DNA from: Minisyncoccota bacterium
GTDB lineage: Bacteria; Patescibacteriota; Minisyncoccia; UBA6257
Assembly: GCA_028711005.1 (NCBI GenBank)
Contig: JAQTTC010000002.1
Location: 1 to 52,097 of the forward strand
DNA: 52,097 nucleotides
Direction: 5' to 3'
A program made the translations under genes and the position numbers. The notes beneath the pieces were generated by a model that worked only from the letters and a program-made list of their open reading frames with translations, was not told where the DNA came from and made no database searches. Shown one piece after another: positions 16,285-26,426 of this stretch (the first letter of the stretch is position 1; each line of letters begins with the position of its first letter).

Positions 16285-17789
16285 TAAGAATTTAATTTAC
16301 TTAAAGCAAAATTAACTCTTTTAATACTTTCTTCTTTTCCTAAAATCTCTGCTATTTCAAAAGGACCAGGTGAAGCTTTTTTACCAGATAAAGCAACCCT
16401 TAAGGGCCAAAGCAATCTTCCTTTATCTTTTTTATAAAGATAACTCTCAGATATAAAATTATAAAAGCTTGTTTCAATCTTTGCTTTATTAAATTCTTTC
16501 TCAGGAATTTTTTCTAAAACAGCTAAGCAATCTTTTAATGAAGTTGGTATTTCTATCTCCTCCATTGTTTTCCATTTTAAATATTCTTTAGGATAATCAA
16601 TGTTTTCTTGAAAGAAAAATTCTGAAAACTCAAGAAAATCACTTAGTTTAGTAAGTCTAGGTGTTTCCAATTCAATTACTTTTTTAATATATTCCGGAGA
16701 ATAATTATCTAATATTTTAGGAGTTTTTGAGAAAGTTTTAATATACTCCCCTATTTTATCAAATAATTGATCTACTGATAGTGTTTTTAAATGTTGAGCA
16801 TTAAACCAATCTAGTCTTTTAATCTCAAAAATAGCTCCTCCTTTTTGAACACGATTTAAATCAAATTTATCAATAAGTTCTTCTAAATTAAAAATCTCTT
16901 TATCACCTAATGGATGCCATCCTAAAAATGCTAAAAAATTATTCATTGCTTCTGGCAAATATCCCATCTTTTTGTACTCATTTAGACCCATCGCTCCGTG
17001 CCTACTACTTAATTTAGACCTATCTGGCCCTAGAATCATCGGTAAATGCGCATAATTAGGCGTAGGAAGGCCTAATAGCTCCTGAATGACTATTTGCTTA
17101 GGGGTATTAGAAATATGGTCTTCTCCACGAATTACATGCGTTATTTTCATTAAATAATCATCAATTACCACAGCAAAATTATATAAAGGTTCATCTAAGC
17201 TTTTTGCTATTACTGTGTCCCCAATAAGATCTAAATTAAATTCAACTTCACCTCTAATAATATCATTAAATTTTATCACTTTTTTAGGCATTTTAAGCCT
17301 AATAACTGATGGCTTTCCTTGAGCTAAATATTCTTTTACTGTATTTTCTGGTAAATCACGGCATTTTCCTGAATATTTTGGTGGCATTCCCCGAGCAATC
17401 ATGTCTTCACGTTGTGCTTCTAATTCTTCTGGGGTACAAAAACAATAATATGCCTTGCCTTCTTCTAAAAGCTGGCTGAGATATTCTTTATAAATTTCTA
17501 TCCTGTCACTTTGATGATAAGGACCAAAAGAACCATCTTTCTCTGGGCCTTCATCCCATTCAACCCCAAGCCATTTTAATCCTTCTAACATATTTTCTTC
17601 ATACTCTTTTTTTGATCTTTCTTTATCTGTATCCTCTACCCTTAAAACAAATGTTCCCCCTGTTTTACGAGCAAATAAATAGTTAAAAAGACCTGTTCGA
17701 GCATTACCAACATGAAACCAACCTGTAGGGCTTGGTGCTAAGCGAACTCGAGGTCCAAATAATGATTGTGGTGTTTTAGGATCATTCAT
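16284..17789 (-). CDS. gltX: glutamyl-tRNA synthetase
   Basis: RLAPSPTGWFHVGNARTGLFNYLFARK (HIGH-type motif) and KLSSRHG (KMSKS equivalent), with class I GluRS layout throughout. Confidence 0.95.
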   Translation of the reverse strand: MNDPKTPQSLFGPRVRLAPSPTGWFHVGNARTGLFNYLFARKTGGTFVLRVEDTDKERSKKEYEENMLEGLKWLGVEWDEGPEKDGSFGPYHQSDRIEIYKEYLSQLLEEGKAYYCFCTPEELEAQREDMIARGMPPKYSGKCRDLPENTVKEYLAQGKPSVIRLKMPKKVIKFNDIIRGEVEFNLDLIGDTVIAKSLDEPLYNFAVVIDDYLMKITHVIRGEDHISNTPKQIVIQELLGLPTPNYAHLPMILGPDRSKLSSRHGAMGLNEYKKMGYLPEAMNNFLAFLGWHPLGDKEIFNLEELIDKFDLNRVQKGGAIFEIKRLDWFNAQHLKTLSVDQLFDKIGEYIKTFSKTPKILDNYSPEYIKKVIELETPRLTKLSDFLEFSEFFFQENIDYPKEYLKWKTMEEIEIPTSLKDCLAVLEKIPEKEFNKAKIETSFYNFISESYLYKKDKGRLLWPLRVALSGKKASPGPFEIAEILGKEESIKRVNFALSKLNS

Positions 17790-17835
17790 GATATTTATAT
17801 ATTATACTATACCACGAAACAAAGACTTAGGAAAG

Positions 17836-19062
17836 TTATAATTGATTAACTATTTCTTTAGCAATATCTTGAGCAGCATTAAGTTTAGCAAATTGAAAAG
17901 CTGCTGAACTCATTGCTTTTTTCTTTTTTTCATCAAAAAGTACCTGAAGAATAAGATCTGAAAAAATATTAGTTTTTAAATTATTTTCTTCAACTACTAT
18001 CGCTGCCCCATTTCTTGCATATTCATAAGCATTTCTCTTTTGATGACCTCGGCTCGCCCAAGGCAAAGGAATAAGAATAGAAGGTTTTTTAGAAGCAGCA
18101 ATTTCAAAAATTAAACCACTACCTGCTCGAGCAATAATTAAATCACTAACTAAATAAATATCTTTTAAGGAAGAAATATTTGGTGTTTTAGTTTCTTCAA
18201 AAAAAGGAACTGGGTGATAATATTTTTCGAATTCTTTATCCCTAATAATTTCTTGAAAAACAACAGTAGCCTCCCTAACAACCTTTTGATAATTATCTTT
18301 TCCGGTTTGATGAATAATCTCTGCTTTATTAATAACTCTTGGCAAAATATCTAAAATAAAATCATTAATATGACTAGACCCTTGAGATCCTCCAATAACT
18401 GTGATCACTGGCCTGTCTGAACTTAATTTTAATAATTCTTTAATATTTTGAGAATTATAACTCTCCCCTTCCCCTGAGAATAAATCTAACCTTATTGGAT
18501 TTCCTGTTAATAAACTTTTGTTTAAAGGAAAATATTTTTTTGTATAATCAAAAGAAATAAAAATTTTTCGACAAAACTTCCCAACAAGATGATTAACTAA
18601 CCCTGGAACAGCATCACTTTCATGAGTATAAGTTGGAATAAAGAAAATAATTCCCCAAAAAATCACCGGAAAAGCACCATAGCCTCCTTTTGAAAAAATA
18701 GCATCTGGCATCAAAATAAAAAGATAATAAAGTGACTGGAAAATACCTCCTAAGGTTTTAAATAAATTAACAAAAAAATTAATAAACCCTGACAACCTTC
18801 CATTTGAATCACCTTGACGATTTAATTTACCAGTAGTGATTTTTCTAATTGTTATCCCCTCTTCTTTTAAAATGTAAGGTAAAGTAAAGTCATTAGGTCC
18901 AATATAAATAATTTCATAAAGAAAATTTTTCTCTTGAGCTATTTTTTTAAATTCTCTAGCAACAGCAATTAAAGGAAAAGTATGCCCCCCAGAACCACCT
19001 CCGGTAAGAACCAAACGAATTGTTCTACTAAAAGATCTTGATTTTAAAAATGAAATATCCAT
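17836..19062 (-). CDS. murG: undecaprenyldiphospho-muramoylpentapeptide beta-N-acetylglucosaminyltransferase
   Basis: LTGGGSGGHTFPLIAVA glycine loop, THESDAVPGLVN, and C-terminal ARAGSGLIFEIAASKKPSILIPLP. Confidence 0.9.
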   Translation of the reverse strand: MDISFLKSRSFSRTIRLVLTGGGSGGHTFPLIAVAREFKKIAQEKNFLYEIIYIGPNDFTLPYILKEEGITIRKITTGKLNRQGDSNGRLSGFINFFVNLFKTLGGIFQSLYYLFILMPDAIFSKGGYGAFPVIFWGIIFFIPTYTHESDAVPGLVNHLVGKFCRKIFISFDYTKKYFPLNKSLLTGNPIRLDLFSGEGESYNSQNIKELLKLSSDRPVITVIGGSQGSSHINDFILDILPRVINKAEIIHQTGKDNYQKVVREATVVFQEIIRDKEFEKYYHPVPFFEETKTPNISSLKDIYLVSDLIIARAGSGLIFEIAASKKPSILIPLPWASRGHQKRNAYEYARNGAAIVVEENNLKTNIFSDLILQVLFDEKKKKAMSSAAFQFAKLNAAQDIAKEIVNQL

Positions 19063-19081
19063 TATTATTTATTGATTATTA

Positions 19082-20176
19082 TCATGTTTGTTTTGCTATA
19101 TTACTTAAAAGCCCGATACTAACTAAATTAATAATCAAAGAGGAACTACCATAACTAATAAAAGGCAAAGGAATACCTGTAATAGGAAAAATTTGACACA
19201 TTGCTCCGATATTAATAAAAGCCTGAAAACCAATATTACAAATTAATCCAACCGCTAAGAACTTACCAAATTCATCAGGCGCTCTCTTAGCTATTTTAAA
19301 ACCAATTGAAATTAAAATCAAAAAAAGAATAATAATTATTAAAGAACCGACAAAACCAAATTCTTCTGCAATAATTGAAAAAATCGCATCAGTATGACTC
19401 TCTGGAAGATAATTAAATTTTTGAATAGATCTTCCAAAACCAATTCCTAGCAAACCCCCGGAACCAATACCTAATAATGATTGAATAATATGATACCCTT
19501 GGCCTAAAGGATCTTGTTGGGGAGATAGAAAAGATGTAATTCTCTGCCAACGATAAGGGGTTACTTTAATAATAAAACCCAAGACTAAGGTTCCTACCAA
19601 TCCAAAAAATAAAAATTGAAAAATACTCAACCCAGCAGTTAAATAAACCATTAGACTCGATAGAGCAAGAACCACTAAGCTTCCAGTTGCTGGTTGTTGA
19701 ATAATGATATAACCAATCACAAACAAACTGATTAAGAAGCAAATAAAAGGAAAACCACCTAATTTTTTTCTTTTTTTAACTGAAAAACTGCTTAAAAGAG
19801 TCGCCAAAAAGAGAATATAGCTTATTTTTAAAAGTTCTGATGGTTGGAAGTTTATGAACCCAATATTAATCGATCGACTTGCTGTAACCCCAGAAGATTG
19901 AAAAGCAGGAACAAAACAAAGAAGCAACAAAGCAATATTAAGAATTAAAATAGCTAAAGCATATTTTTTCCAAAAATGATAATCAATCCTTGAAAAAACC
20001 CAAGCAGCAATTAACCCAATTAAAACTCCCTGGAAAAGCTGTCTTTTAACAAAATAATAGACATCACCATATCTCTGTTCACCAATTACAGCTGAAGCGC
20101 TTATTAAAGCTATTAAGCCAATAAATAAAATTAATAGACTAAAAGTGATAAGAAGTTGATTCAATTTGTTGCGCAT
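19082..20176 (-). CDS. ftsW: SEDS-family peptidoglycan glycosyltransferase (FtsW/RodA)
   Basis: Polytopic membrane protein with FQPSELLKISYILFLA and LPESHTDAIFSIIAEEFGFVG blocks. It lies adjacent to murG. Confidence 0.9.
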   Translation of the reverse strand: MRNKLNQLLITFSLLILFIGLIALISASAVIGEQRYGDVYYFVKRQLFQGVLIGLIAAWVFSRIDYHFWKKYALAILILNIALLLLCFVPAFQSSGVTASRSINIGFINFQPSELLKISYILFLATLLSSFSVKKRKKLGGFPFICFLISLFVIGYIIIQQPATGSLVVLALSSLMVYLTAGLSIFQFLFFGLVGTLVLGFIIKVTPYRWQRITSFLSPQQDPLGQGYHIIQSLLGIGSGGLLGIGFGRSIQKFNYLPESHTDAIFSIIAEEFGFVGSLIIIILFLILISIGFKIAKRAPDEFGKFLAVGLICNIGFQAFINIGAMCQIFPITGIPLPFISYGSSSLIINLVSIGLLSNIAKQT

Positions 20177-20264
20177 ATTGTATTAATACATTGTATAATA
20201 TTTTTCTTTGAATCTCAAACAAAATTAAGTTATAATACTAATAATATTAATCAATAAATATATT

Positions 20265-21584
20265 ATGAAGAAAATTCTACTTGTTTTTTTAATAATTATT
20301 ATCTTAGGAATTGGAGTATTTTTTGCTTTCTCTTATTATCAAAAAGATTCTGGCCCTCAAGGAATTTTAAGACTTAAAGCCTATCCTTCTGAAGCCATCT
20401 TAAAAATTAATAATAAAGATTACCAGGACAAACAAGGATCTTTTAATATTAAACTAAATCCTGGAAAATATAATATATTGTTATCTATTCCTGATTATTC
20501 TTTTATTGAGACTGGGATAAATATTGAAAGTGGAAAAATCGTTGATCTAGGAGAATATTTTCTTTTTCCTAATAATCCCAAAAAAGAAGATGTAATTCTT
20601 GATGAAGATATTAGTTATTTTTATTTAACACCTGATTCAAATCGTATTGTGTATATCAATAAATCGTCTAAATTTAAATGGTATCTTTTTAATCGAAACA
20701 CTCAAGAAAAAGAACTTTTCTGGGAAACATCTTCCTTACCTTTAGATATTAATTTTTCTTCTAAAAAGCTCGTAACTAATTTAGGTAATAATAATTGGCG
20801 AATCGCTTTTTTACCTAAAAGCTTAATTCAAAATAGTGTTTCCTTAACTGATGCTTTTAAAAAGGCGCTCACTGATGCTGAACTTAAGAAAGGAACAACC
20901 TCTCTCAATATTATTCAGGCCAATTTTTACTCTCAAGAAGATAGCAACTTAATTATTAGAACTGAAGATGCATTCTATCTTTTAAATTTTTTAACTGGGG
21001 ACATAGAAAGAATATATGAAGGAGAAAGTTCTCCATTCTTCGTAGATGAAAATTATGTATATTTTATAAAAGAAAACGGTGTTTTTACTAAAATATCTTT
21101 TGAAACAAAAGAAGAAAATCAAATTTCTTTATACAGTTTTTCAATTGAAAATCTAGAAGATACTAAAATTAGAAAGAAGAACGATAATGATGAATTTTTA
21201 ATTATTGAAGGCTCTCAAAAAGCTTCCTATCTTCAATCCCCTGAAAGTTTACCTTCTATCATTGGAGAAAATATTATTGACGGAAATTTCTCTTTGGATA
21301 AAAAAGAAATTCTTTTAGTTTCTAAAAATAAGATTGAAATTTATGATTTAGAAAAGGATATAAAATCTTCACAAACACTTTATAGTGATACCCCTGCCAT
21401 TTGGTTTCTTAATAATGATCATCTTTTATTTCTCAAAGATCAAAGTTTGAATATTTTCCTTGTTAAAGAAAATAAAATCTGGCCCTTAGCCAGTAATGTT
21501 AAAAACAATAATTTTATATACGATCCCTCAATAAATTATATTTTTTATCTCTCTGATGAAGGTATTTTAAAAATCGGGATTTAA
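20265..21584 (+). CDS. hypothetical membrane-anchored protein with PEGA domain
   Basis: N-terminal TM helix. GILRLKAYPSEAILKINNKDY...GKYNILLSIPDYSFIETGINIESGKIVDLG fits the PEGA beta-sandwich pattern. The long C-terminal region is repeat-like and beta-rich. Confidence 0.65.
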   Translation: MKKILLVFLIIIILGIGVFFAFSYYQKDSGPQGILRLKAYPSEAILKINNKDYQDKQGSFNIKLNPGKYNILLSIPDYSFIETGINIESGKIVDLGEYFLFPNNPKKEDVILDEDISYFYLTPDSNRIVYINKSSKFKWYLFNRNTQEKELFWETSSLPLDINFSSKKLVTNLGNNNWRIAFLPKSLIQNSVSLTDAFKKALTDAELKKGTTSLNIIQANFYSQEDSNLIIRTEDAFYLLNFLTGDIERIYEGESSPFFVDENYVYFIKENGVFTKISFETKEENQISLYSFSIENLEDTKIRKKNDNDEFLIIEGSQKASYLQSPESLPSIIGENIIDGNFSLDKKEILLVSKNKIEIYDLEKDIKSSQTLYSDTPAIWFLNNDHLLFLKDQSLNIFLVKENKIWPLASNVKNNNFIYDPSINYIFYLSDEGILKIGI

Positions 21585-21585
21585 T

Positions 21586-22842
21586 TTATTCATATCTTAA
21601 GGCTTCGATTGGACTTAACTCTGCTGCTTTACGAGCAGGATAAATACCAAAAACAATACCAATACCTGCAGCTACTCCAAAAGCTAAAACTATAGATTTT
21701 AAAGAAACTACAAATGACCATTGAGTTCCTAAGGCCATACTTAAAACAATAGCTGCAAGATAGGCAAAGACAATACCTAACAAAATTCCTATTATTCCAC
21801 CAAGACCAGTAAGAACAATGGCCTCAATTAGAAATTGATAAAGAATATCTTTTTTACGAGCGCCAACTGCCTTTCTTAAGCCAATTTCTCTAGTTCTTTC
21901 AACTACTGAAACTAACATAATATTCATAATTCCAATTCCACCAACCAATAAAGCAATTGCTGCTACGGAAGATAGAAGCATTGTTAAAATACCAGTTACA
22001 ATATTCATCATATCAGCACTTTCTTTAGCACTAACTACTTTAAAATCGTCTTTTGATAAATCACCTTCTGGATTATATATATTATGTCTTTCTCTTAAAA
22101 TCAGACGGATGCTTTCCATTGCTTCGTCAATTTTATCTTGACTTACTATTTTCACAGCTGAAGATTGAATATGGTTAATACCTAATAGGAATTTCTGAAC
22201 AGTAGTTATTGGAATATATACATAATCATCAACATTTAAAAACATTTGACTTCCCTGCTCCTCCATCACCCCAATAACTTTAAAATTTACATCCTTTATC
22301 CTTATTGTTTTACCAATAGGATTTTCATTTTGAAAAAAATCTTCATTTATTTTATAGCCCAAGACAGCGACTTTTGCCATACTCTGAACGTCGAAATCAT
22401 TAAAATTAGATCCTAATATAGTTCTACCTCCGGTTATTTCAGCATAGGCTGGACTGGTACCAAAAACAGTAACTTTTTTATCATTGTTCTTATAAACAAC
22501 TCTGGCTACATTTAAAACCATTGGAGCAACTGATTCAACTAAAGGATCTTTTTCTATTGCATCCATGTCATCTAAAGTTAATGTTTTTATATCCATTCCT
22601 TCCATCATTGCTTGAGTCATATCAGCTCCTTCTAGATCAAAAGAGCCTGGTTCAACATAAACATTATTTGGACCCATAGACATAATTTGTTTTAAAATTA
22701 AGCCTTGAGCTCCATCACCTAAAGACATCATTAAGATAACTGATGAAATCCCTATTACAATACCTAAAATCGTTAAAAATGAACGAGTTTTATTTGTTTT
22801 TAAACCAACAAGTGCTGTTTGAAAAGAATTACTTAATTTCAT
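21586..22842 (-). CDS. ABC transporter permease, MacB/FtsX type
   Basis: N-terminal TM helix, then a large extracytoplasmic domain and three C-terminal TM helices. TREIGLRKAVGARKKDI loop. It follows a MacB-type ATPase. Confidence 0.9.
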   Translation of the reverse strand: MKLSNSFQTALVGLKTNKTRSFLTILGIVIGISSVILMMSLGDGAQGLILKQIMSMGPNNVYVEPGSFDLEGADMTQAMMEGMDIKTLTLDDMDAIEKDPLVESVAPMVLNVARVVYKNNDKKVTVFGTSPAYAEITGGRTILGSNFNDFDVQSMAKVAVLGYKINEDFFQNENPIGKTIRIKDVNFKVIGVMEEQGSQMFLNVDDYVYIPITTVQKFLLGINHIQSSAVKIVSQDKIDEAMESIRLILRERHNIYNPEGDLSKDDFKVVSAKESADMMNIVTGILTMLLSSVAAIALLVGGIGIMNIMLVSVVERTREIGLRKAVGARKKDILYQFLIEAIVLTGLGGIIGILLGIVFAYLAAIVLSMALGTQWSFVVSLKSIVLAFGVAAGIGIVFGIYPARKAAELSPIEALRYE

Positions 22843-22846
22843 AGTT

Positions 22847-23560
22847 TTATTTAATTAAACCATCTTTAGCATAATGCCTTAAACTAACTAATTCATCGCT
22901 GAGTATTTTTCCATCTTTTAAAGAAATTATTCTTTTTGCCATCTCTGCAGTGTATTTTTCATGAGTTACTAAAATTATTGTATGACCTTGATCATTCAGC
23001 TTTTGGAAAATATCCATTATTTGTTGCCCAGATTTACTATCCAAATTACCAGTAGGTTCATCAGCAAAAATTACTGAAGGATGGTTAACAATTGCTCGAG
23101 CTATTGCTGTCTTTTGTTGTTCTCCCCCTGAAAGTTGATTAGGAAAGTGAAAAGCTCGATGGAAAATACCAACAGATTTTAAAGCTTGCTCTACTAATTC
23201 ATTTTCTTTTTCTTTAGAAAAACCTGTATAAATTAAAGGAAGTTTTACATTATCAAAAACATTTGTTCTTGATAAAAGATTATATGACTGAAAAACAAAA
23301 CCCATCTTTTTATTTCTAACTCTTGCTAATTCATCATCATTAAAATCATCTATACTTTTATCTTCAAACTTACATTGTCCATAAGTCGGTCTATCTAAAA
23401 AACACATAATATGCATTAAAGTCGATTTACCAGATCCTGAAGGACCCATAATAGAAACAAACTCTCCTGAAGAAATTTTAAAAGAAACCCCTTGTAAAGC
23501 AGGGGTTTTTACACTATTGTTACCATAAATTTTTTTAAGATTTTCTATTTCAAATAACAT
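22847..23560 (-). CDS. ABC transporter ATP-binding protein (MacB/LolD-like)
   Basis: Walker [11 protein letters not shown]-loop FVFQSYNL, signature [14 protein letters not shown], Walker [14 protein letters not shown]-loop VTHE. Confidence 0.95.
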   Translation of the reverse strand: MLFEIENLKKIYGNNSVKTPALQGVSFKISSGEFVSIMGPSGSGKSTLMHIMCFLDRPTYGQCKFEDKSIDDFNDDELARVRNKKMGFVFQSYNLLSRTNVFDNVKLPLIYTGFSKEKENELVEQALKSVGIFHRAFHFPNQLSGGEQQKTAIARAIVNHPSVIFADEPTGNLDSKSGQQIMDIFQKLNDQGHTIILVTHEKYTAEMAKRIISLKDGKILSDELVSLRHYAKDGLIK

Positions 23561-25141
23561 TTATTTTCTAATAAAAGTAATTATTTCTTCCCCCTCTTCT
23601 AATCCTGATAAAATTTCAATATATCCTTCGGGGTTTCTTAAACCTGTTTGAACTTCTCTTTCTTCATAACCTTCTTCAGTATTATTAGGAACCCTAACTA
23701 ACATTTTTCCATTTTTTTCTATTATCGCCCTTTGGGGAATAAATAAAACATCTTCTTTTGAATCAATAATTATAGTTAAATCAGCTGTCATACCTACTTT
23801 TGCCTCTAAGCCCTCCGGATCAATAGAGCTTTTAACTTGATAATAAACAACTCCATCGATTATAGTTTCTGCGAAATCAATTTCTATTACTTTTCCCTTA
23901 AACTCCTTCCTAGGAAAAGCATCTAAAACTATTAAAGTATCATTCCCAATTTTAATTTTTGAAATATCAACTTCTGGAATATATGCCTTTATCTCTAATT
24001 CTTCTTGCTCGGACATCACGCTAACCAATGGAATATTAGCTGAAACTACTTCACCCTGCCTAATATCCATCTTAACAACAACTCCATCTCTTGGAGCACG
24101 AATAATTGTCTTTTCAATCAAAGCATAATAATTTGACACATTTGCCCGAGCAGATTTAACTCTTGATTCTTGAATAGCTATTTGCTCTGTCGTTGATCCA
24201 GCTAATAATAAATCTAATTCATTTTTCACTCTTTGAACTAATAGGTTTTGAGAAATAATATTATTTTCAATTGTATCAATGTTACTAATTGCACTAATAA
24301 TTAAATTTTTTCCATGACTAGCATTAACTCTATGAATATCTAAATAAGGATTGCTATATGAACAATCAGCTAATAAAACATTATTTAATTTATTAAAAAA
24401 GTCACTAAAAACTATTAAATGATTTTTTGCTCTTTGAATCGCTGAAATTAATTCTTCATAAGAAACATCATAATTTATTAGCATTAGCTCATCTTTCCAT
24501 TGCATAAGCTCTCTTTCCGACATTAATCTAGCATACCCTGCTGCTGAAGCTATCTCATTTGTTACGCAATAATCAAAAGTAAATGTATAACCACTTGCTG
24601 CTTCTGCTCCATAAAAAATATCTTTTATATCTATCTTGATCGCTTCTTCAGATTTTGAATAAGCATCATTTAAAGAATTAATAACAGTTTGATAATAATT
24701 ATTTAAATCCTGCTGAGCTTTTGATAGTTCTAACTCTTTTATATTTATTGTTTCCTGTCTTGTTCCCTTTTTTAATTCATTTAATTGAGCAATCTCTGCA
24801 TCGAGGCTTGCTTGAGCCTGCTCTAATTGAGACCAAAGATCATTATTCTCAAGGCTAGCTAAAACTTGCCCTGCTTTTACCTCGTCTCCGTTCTCAACCA
24901 TAATTTTTGATACATTTCCTGTAGCTCTAAAAGATAAATCAACCCTTCCAGCTGATTGAACTCTTCCAGTCACCGAGACTTCTTCTCTTATCGCCCCTCT
25001 TTCAACAAATGCTAAACTATATCCTGTCTCGTTATTGCCTTTTATTATAAAGAATAAAACAACTACTAAAAAGATAAGAACTCCTATGGCAATAAGTTTA
25101 TAATTAAGAATTTTTTGTATAATTTTTTGAATAAAATTCAT
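23561..25141 (-). CDS. efflux periplasmic adaptor (HlyD/MacA family) with very long coiled-coil hairpin
   Basis: N-terminal TM anchor, lipoyl-like half-motifs (GDEVKAGQVLASLE ... IRAPRDGVV) and C-terminal beta-barrel/MP domains. At 526 aa it has an extended helical insert. Confidence 0.8.
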   Translation of the reverse strand: MNFIQKIIQKILNYKLIAIGVLIFLVVVLFFIIKGNNETGYSLAFVERGAIREEVSVTGRVQSAGRVDLSFRATGNVSKIMVENGDEVKAGQVLASLENNDLWSQLEQAQASLDAEIAQLNELKKGTRQETINIKELELSKAQQDLNNYYQTVINSLNDAYSKSEEAIKIDIKDIFYGAEAASGYTFTFDYCVTNEIASAAGYARLMSERELMQWKDELMLINYDVSYEELISAIQRAKNHLIVFSDFFNKLNNVLLADCSYSNPYLDIHRVNASHGKNLIISAISNIDTIENNIISQNLLVQRVKNELDLLLAGSTTEQIAIQESRVKSARANVSNYYALIEKTIIRAPRDGVVVKMDIRQGEVVSANIPLVSVMSEQEELEIKAYIPEVDISKIKIGNDTLIVLDAFPRKEFKGKVIEIDFAETIIDGVVYYQVKSSIDPEGLEAKVGMTADLTIIIDSKEDVLFIPQRAIIEKNGKMLVRVPNNTEEGYEEREVQTGLRNPEGYIEILSGLEEGEEIITFIRK

Positions 25142-25186
25142 GATATCAATGAACTAAAATATAACATAAAACAACAGAATCTGCAA

Positions 25187-25222
25187 TAAAAAAGCCATTA
25201 ATACAATACAATATTAATGGCT
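25187..25222 (-). terminator. intrinsic terminator closing the pyrE/small-protein operon
   Basis: Perfect 11-bp stem agccattaata (25193-25203) / tattaatggct (25212-25222) with an 8-nt loop. On the minus strand it is followed by TTTTT (plus-strand A-run 25188-25192). Confidence 0.7.
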
Positions 25223-25234
25223 TTATTGCTTCAA

Positions 25235-25315
25235 TTATTTGCCCTCTGTTAAATATATAAAAATTAAGAATAAGAGAGATGATCCTGCAAGAAATTGCCA
25301 AAAAGAAGTAATCAT
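25235..25315 (-). CDS. 26-aa hydrophobic micropeptide (MITSFWQFLAGSSLLFLIFIYLTEGK), not in supplied track
   Basis: AAGGAGG (25322-25328, minus) lies 6 nt before the ATG at 25315; this SD overlaps the last codons and stop of the upstream gene. One TM-length hydrophobic stretch. The terminator begins 13 nt after the TAA. Confidence 0.5.
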   Translation of the reverse strand: MITSFWQFLAGSSLLFLIFIYLTEGK

Positions 25316-25318
25316 TTC

Positions 25319-25579
25319 CTACCTCCTTAAAAGAAAAAATTCATCAAAATCACGGAAATTTCCTTTTTCATCAATTATTATCTTTATTCCCTCTGGTAGT
25401 CTAGTAATTACAAAAATTTTCCCTTTACTAATATTAATGCCTTCATACCCAATAAGAATTTCTTTTACTTTTGTTTTTAATTTTTTTTCTGAAAAAAACG
25501 AATACTGTTTCTCAATAAACTTTCTTATAAATCTTTCTGCTATAACTATCTCTTTTACACCTTCTTTCAAAGCATTCAT
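25319..25579 (-). CDS. hypothetical 86-aa protein, paralog of the gene upstream
   Basis: AAGGAGGG (25587-25594, minus) lies 7 nt before the ATG at 25579; the track uses the TTG at 25585. It shares F-I-x-K-x-Y-S and I-D-x-x-G-x-F blocks with 25610..25819. Confidence 0.65.
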   Translation of the reverse strand: MNALKEGVKEIVIAERFIRKFIEKQYSFFSEKKLKTKVKEILIGYEGINISKGKIFVITRLPEGIKIIIDEKGNFRDFDEFFLLRR

Positions 25580-25609
25580 TTTCAAACCCTCCTTTATTTT
25601 TATTAATCT

Positions 25610-25819
25610 TTAAGTATTTACAAAAAATCCTTCCTTATCAATGCCAAAAAATCCTTTTCTATTTTTCTTATAAATTACTAAAATATCAATCTTTTCACCT
25701 TTTAATTTGCCTGCAATTCTTTGTCTATAATCTTTAATAATTTCTTGTTTTTCTTCTTCTGTACTATTAGAATAATTCTTTTTTATAAAATTATCTAAAA
25801 TTTCTTTTTCAAAAATCAT
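25610..25819 (-). CDS. hypothetical 69-aa protein, paralog of the gene downstream
   Basis: AGGAGAG (25826-25832, minus) directly abuts the pyrE stop and lies 6 nt before the ATG at 25819. The track's GTG at 25852 would overlap pyrE. Contains NFIKKNYS and GIDKEGFF blocks. Confidence 0.65.
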   Translation of the reverse strand: MIFEKEILDNFIKKNYSNSTEEEKQEIIKDYRQRIAGKLKGEKIDILVIYKKNRKGFFGIDKEGFFVNT

Positions 25820-25832
25820 TTCTGTCTCTCCT

Positions 25833-26426
25833 TTATAAATTATTAATATCACGACTACCTGGTTTGATTACGGGAACTCCTTTCTTACATAATGGACAAT
25901 CTTCTGGTCTATACACATCCATCTTTATGGTTAGCAATTTCTCATACTTTACCCCAAAGTTAATTTCTCCTCCGCTTCTATCAATTAAAGCACCAACACC
26001 AATTACCTTCCCCTGTCTCTCTTTAACAATATCTATTACCTCCCGAACTGAGCTTCCTGTAGTTGTTACGTCTTCAACTACTAAAACCTTTTCTCCTTTT
26101 TTAATTTGAAAACTTCTTCTTAAGGTCATTTTTCCATTTTCTCTTTCAGTAAAAATTGCCCTAACCCAAGAACCTAGAGCTAAAGCCATTACATGAGTCA
26201 TTATGATACCGCCGATTGCTGGACCTATAACTACCTCGACTTGGTCTTTCTTGAATCTTTTACCTAATTCATTGCATAAATTTTGAATAAATCCAGGGTA
26301 CTGCATGACCTGAGCACACTGAATGTATGTATCACTGTGAACACCAGAAGTTAGTTTAAAATGTCCTCTCAAAATAGCTCCTGCCTCTTCAAATTTTTCC
26401 ATCACTTCTTTTTCTTGAACCATCAT
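25833..26426 (-). CDS. pyrE: orotate phosphoribosyltransferase (short PyrE type)
   Basis: GHFKLTSGVHSDTYIQ, PRPP loop VLVVEDVTTTGSSV, and C-terminal CPLCKKGVPVIKPGSR, as in short-form OPRTases. AAGGAGG (26435-26441, minus) lies 8 nt before the ATG. Confidence 0.8.
   Translation of the reverse strand: MMVQEKEVMEKFEEAGAILRGHFKLTSGVHSDTYIQCAQVMQYPGFIQNLCNELGKRFKKDQVEVVIGPAIGGIIMTHVMALALGSWVRAIFTERENGKMTLRRSFQIKKGEKVLVVEDVTTTGSSVREVIDIVKERQGKVIGVGALIDRSGGEINFGVKYEKLLTIKMDVYRPEDCPLCKKGVPVIKPGSRDINNL

Noticed and set aside
25239-25613. Track ORF of 124 aa on the plus strand
   Set aside because: It lies antisense to two SD-led minus-strand genes and the 26-aa ORF. Its sequence is low-complexity Ser/Phe/Ile-rich, typical of a reverse-frame artefact in AT-rich coding DNA. 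It has no RBS or promoter.
25833-26426. The PRTase as an effector of a retron or other defence system
   Set aside because: No reverse transcriptase, structured ncRNA repeats or nuclease partner are adjacent. The protein also has the full OPRTase-type motif set and C-terminal CPLC...PGSR tail, so pyrE is the more economical call.
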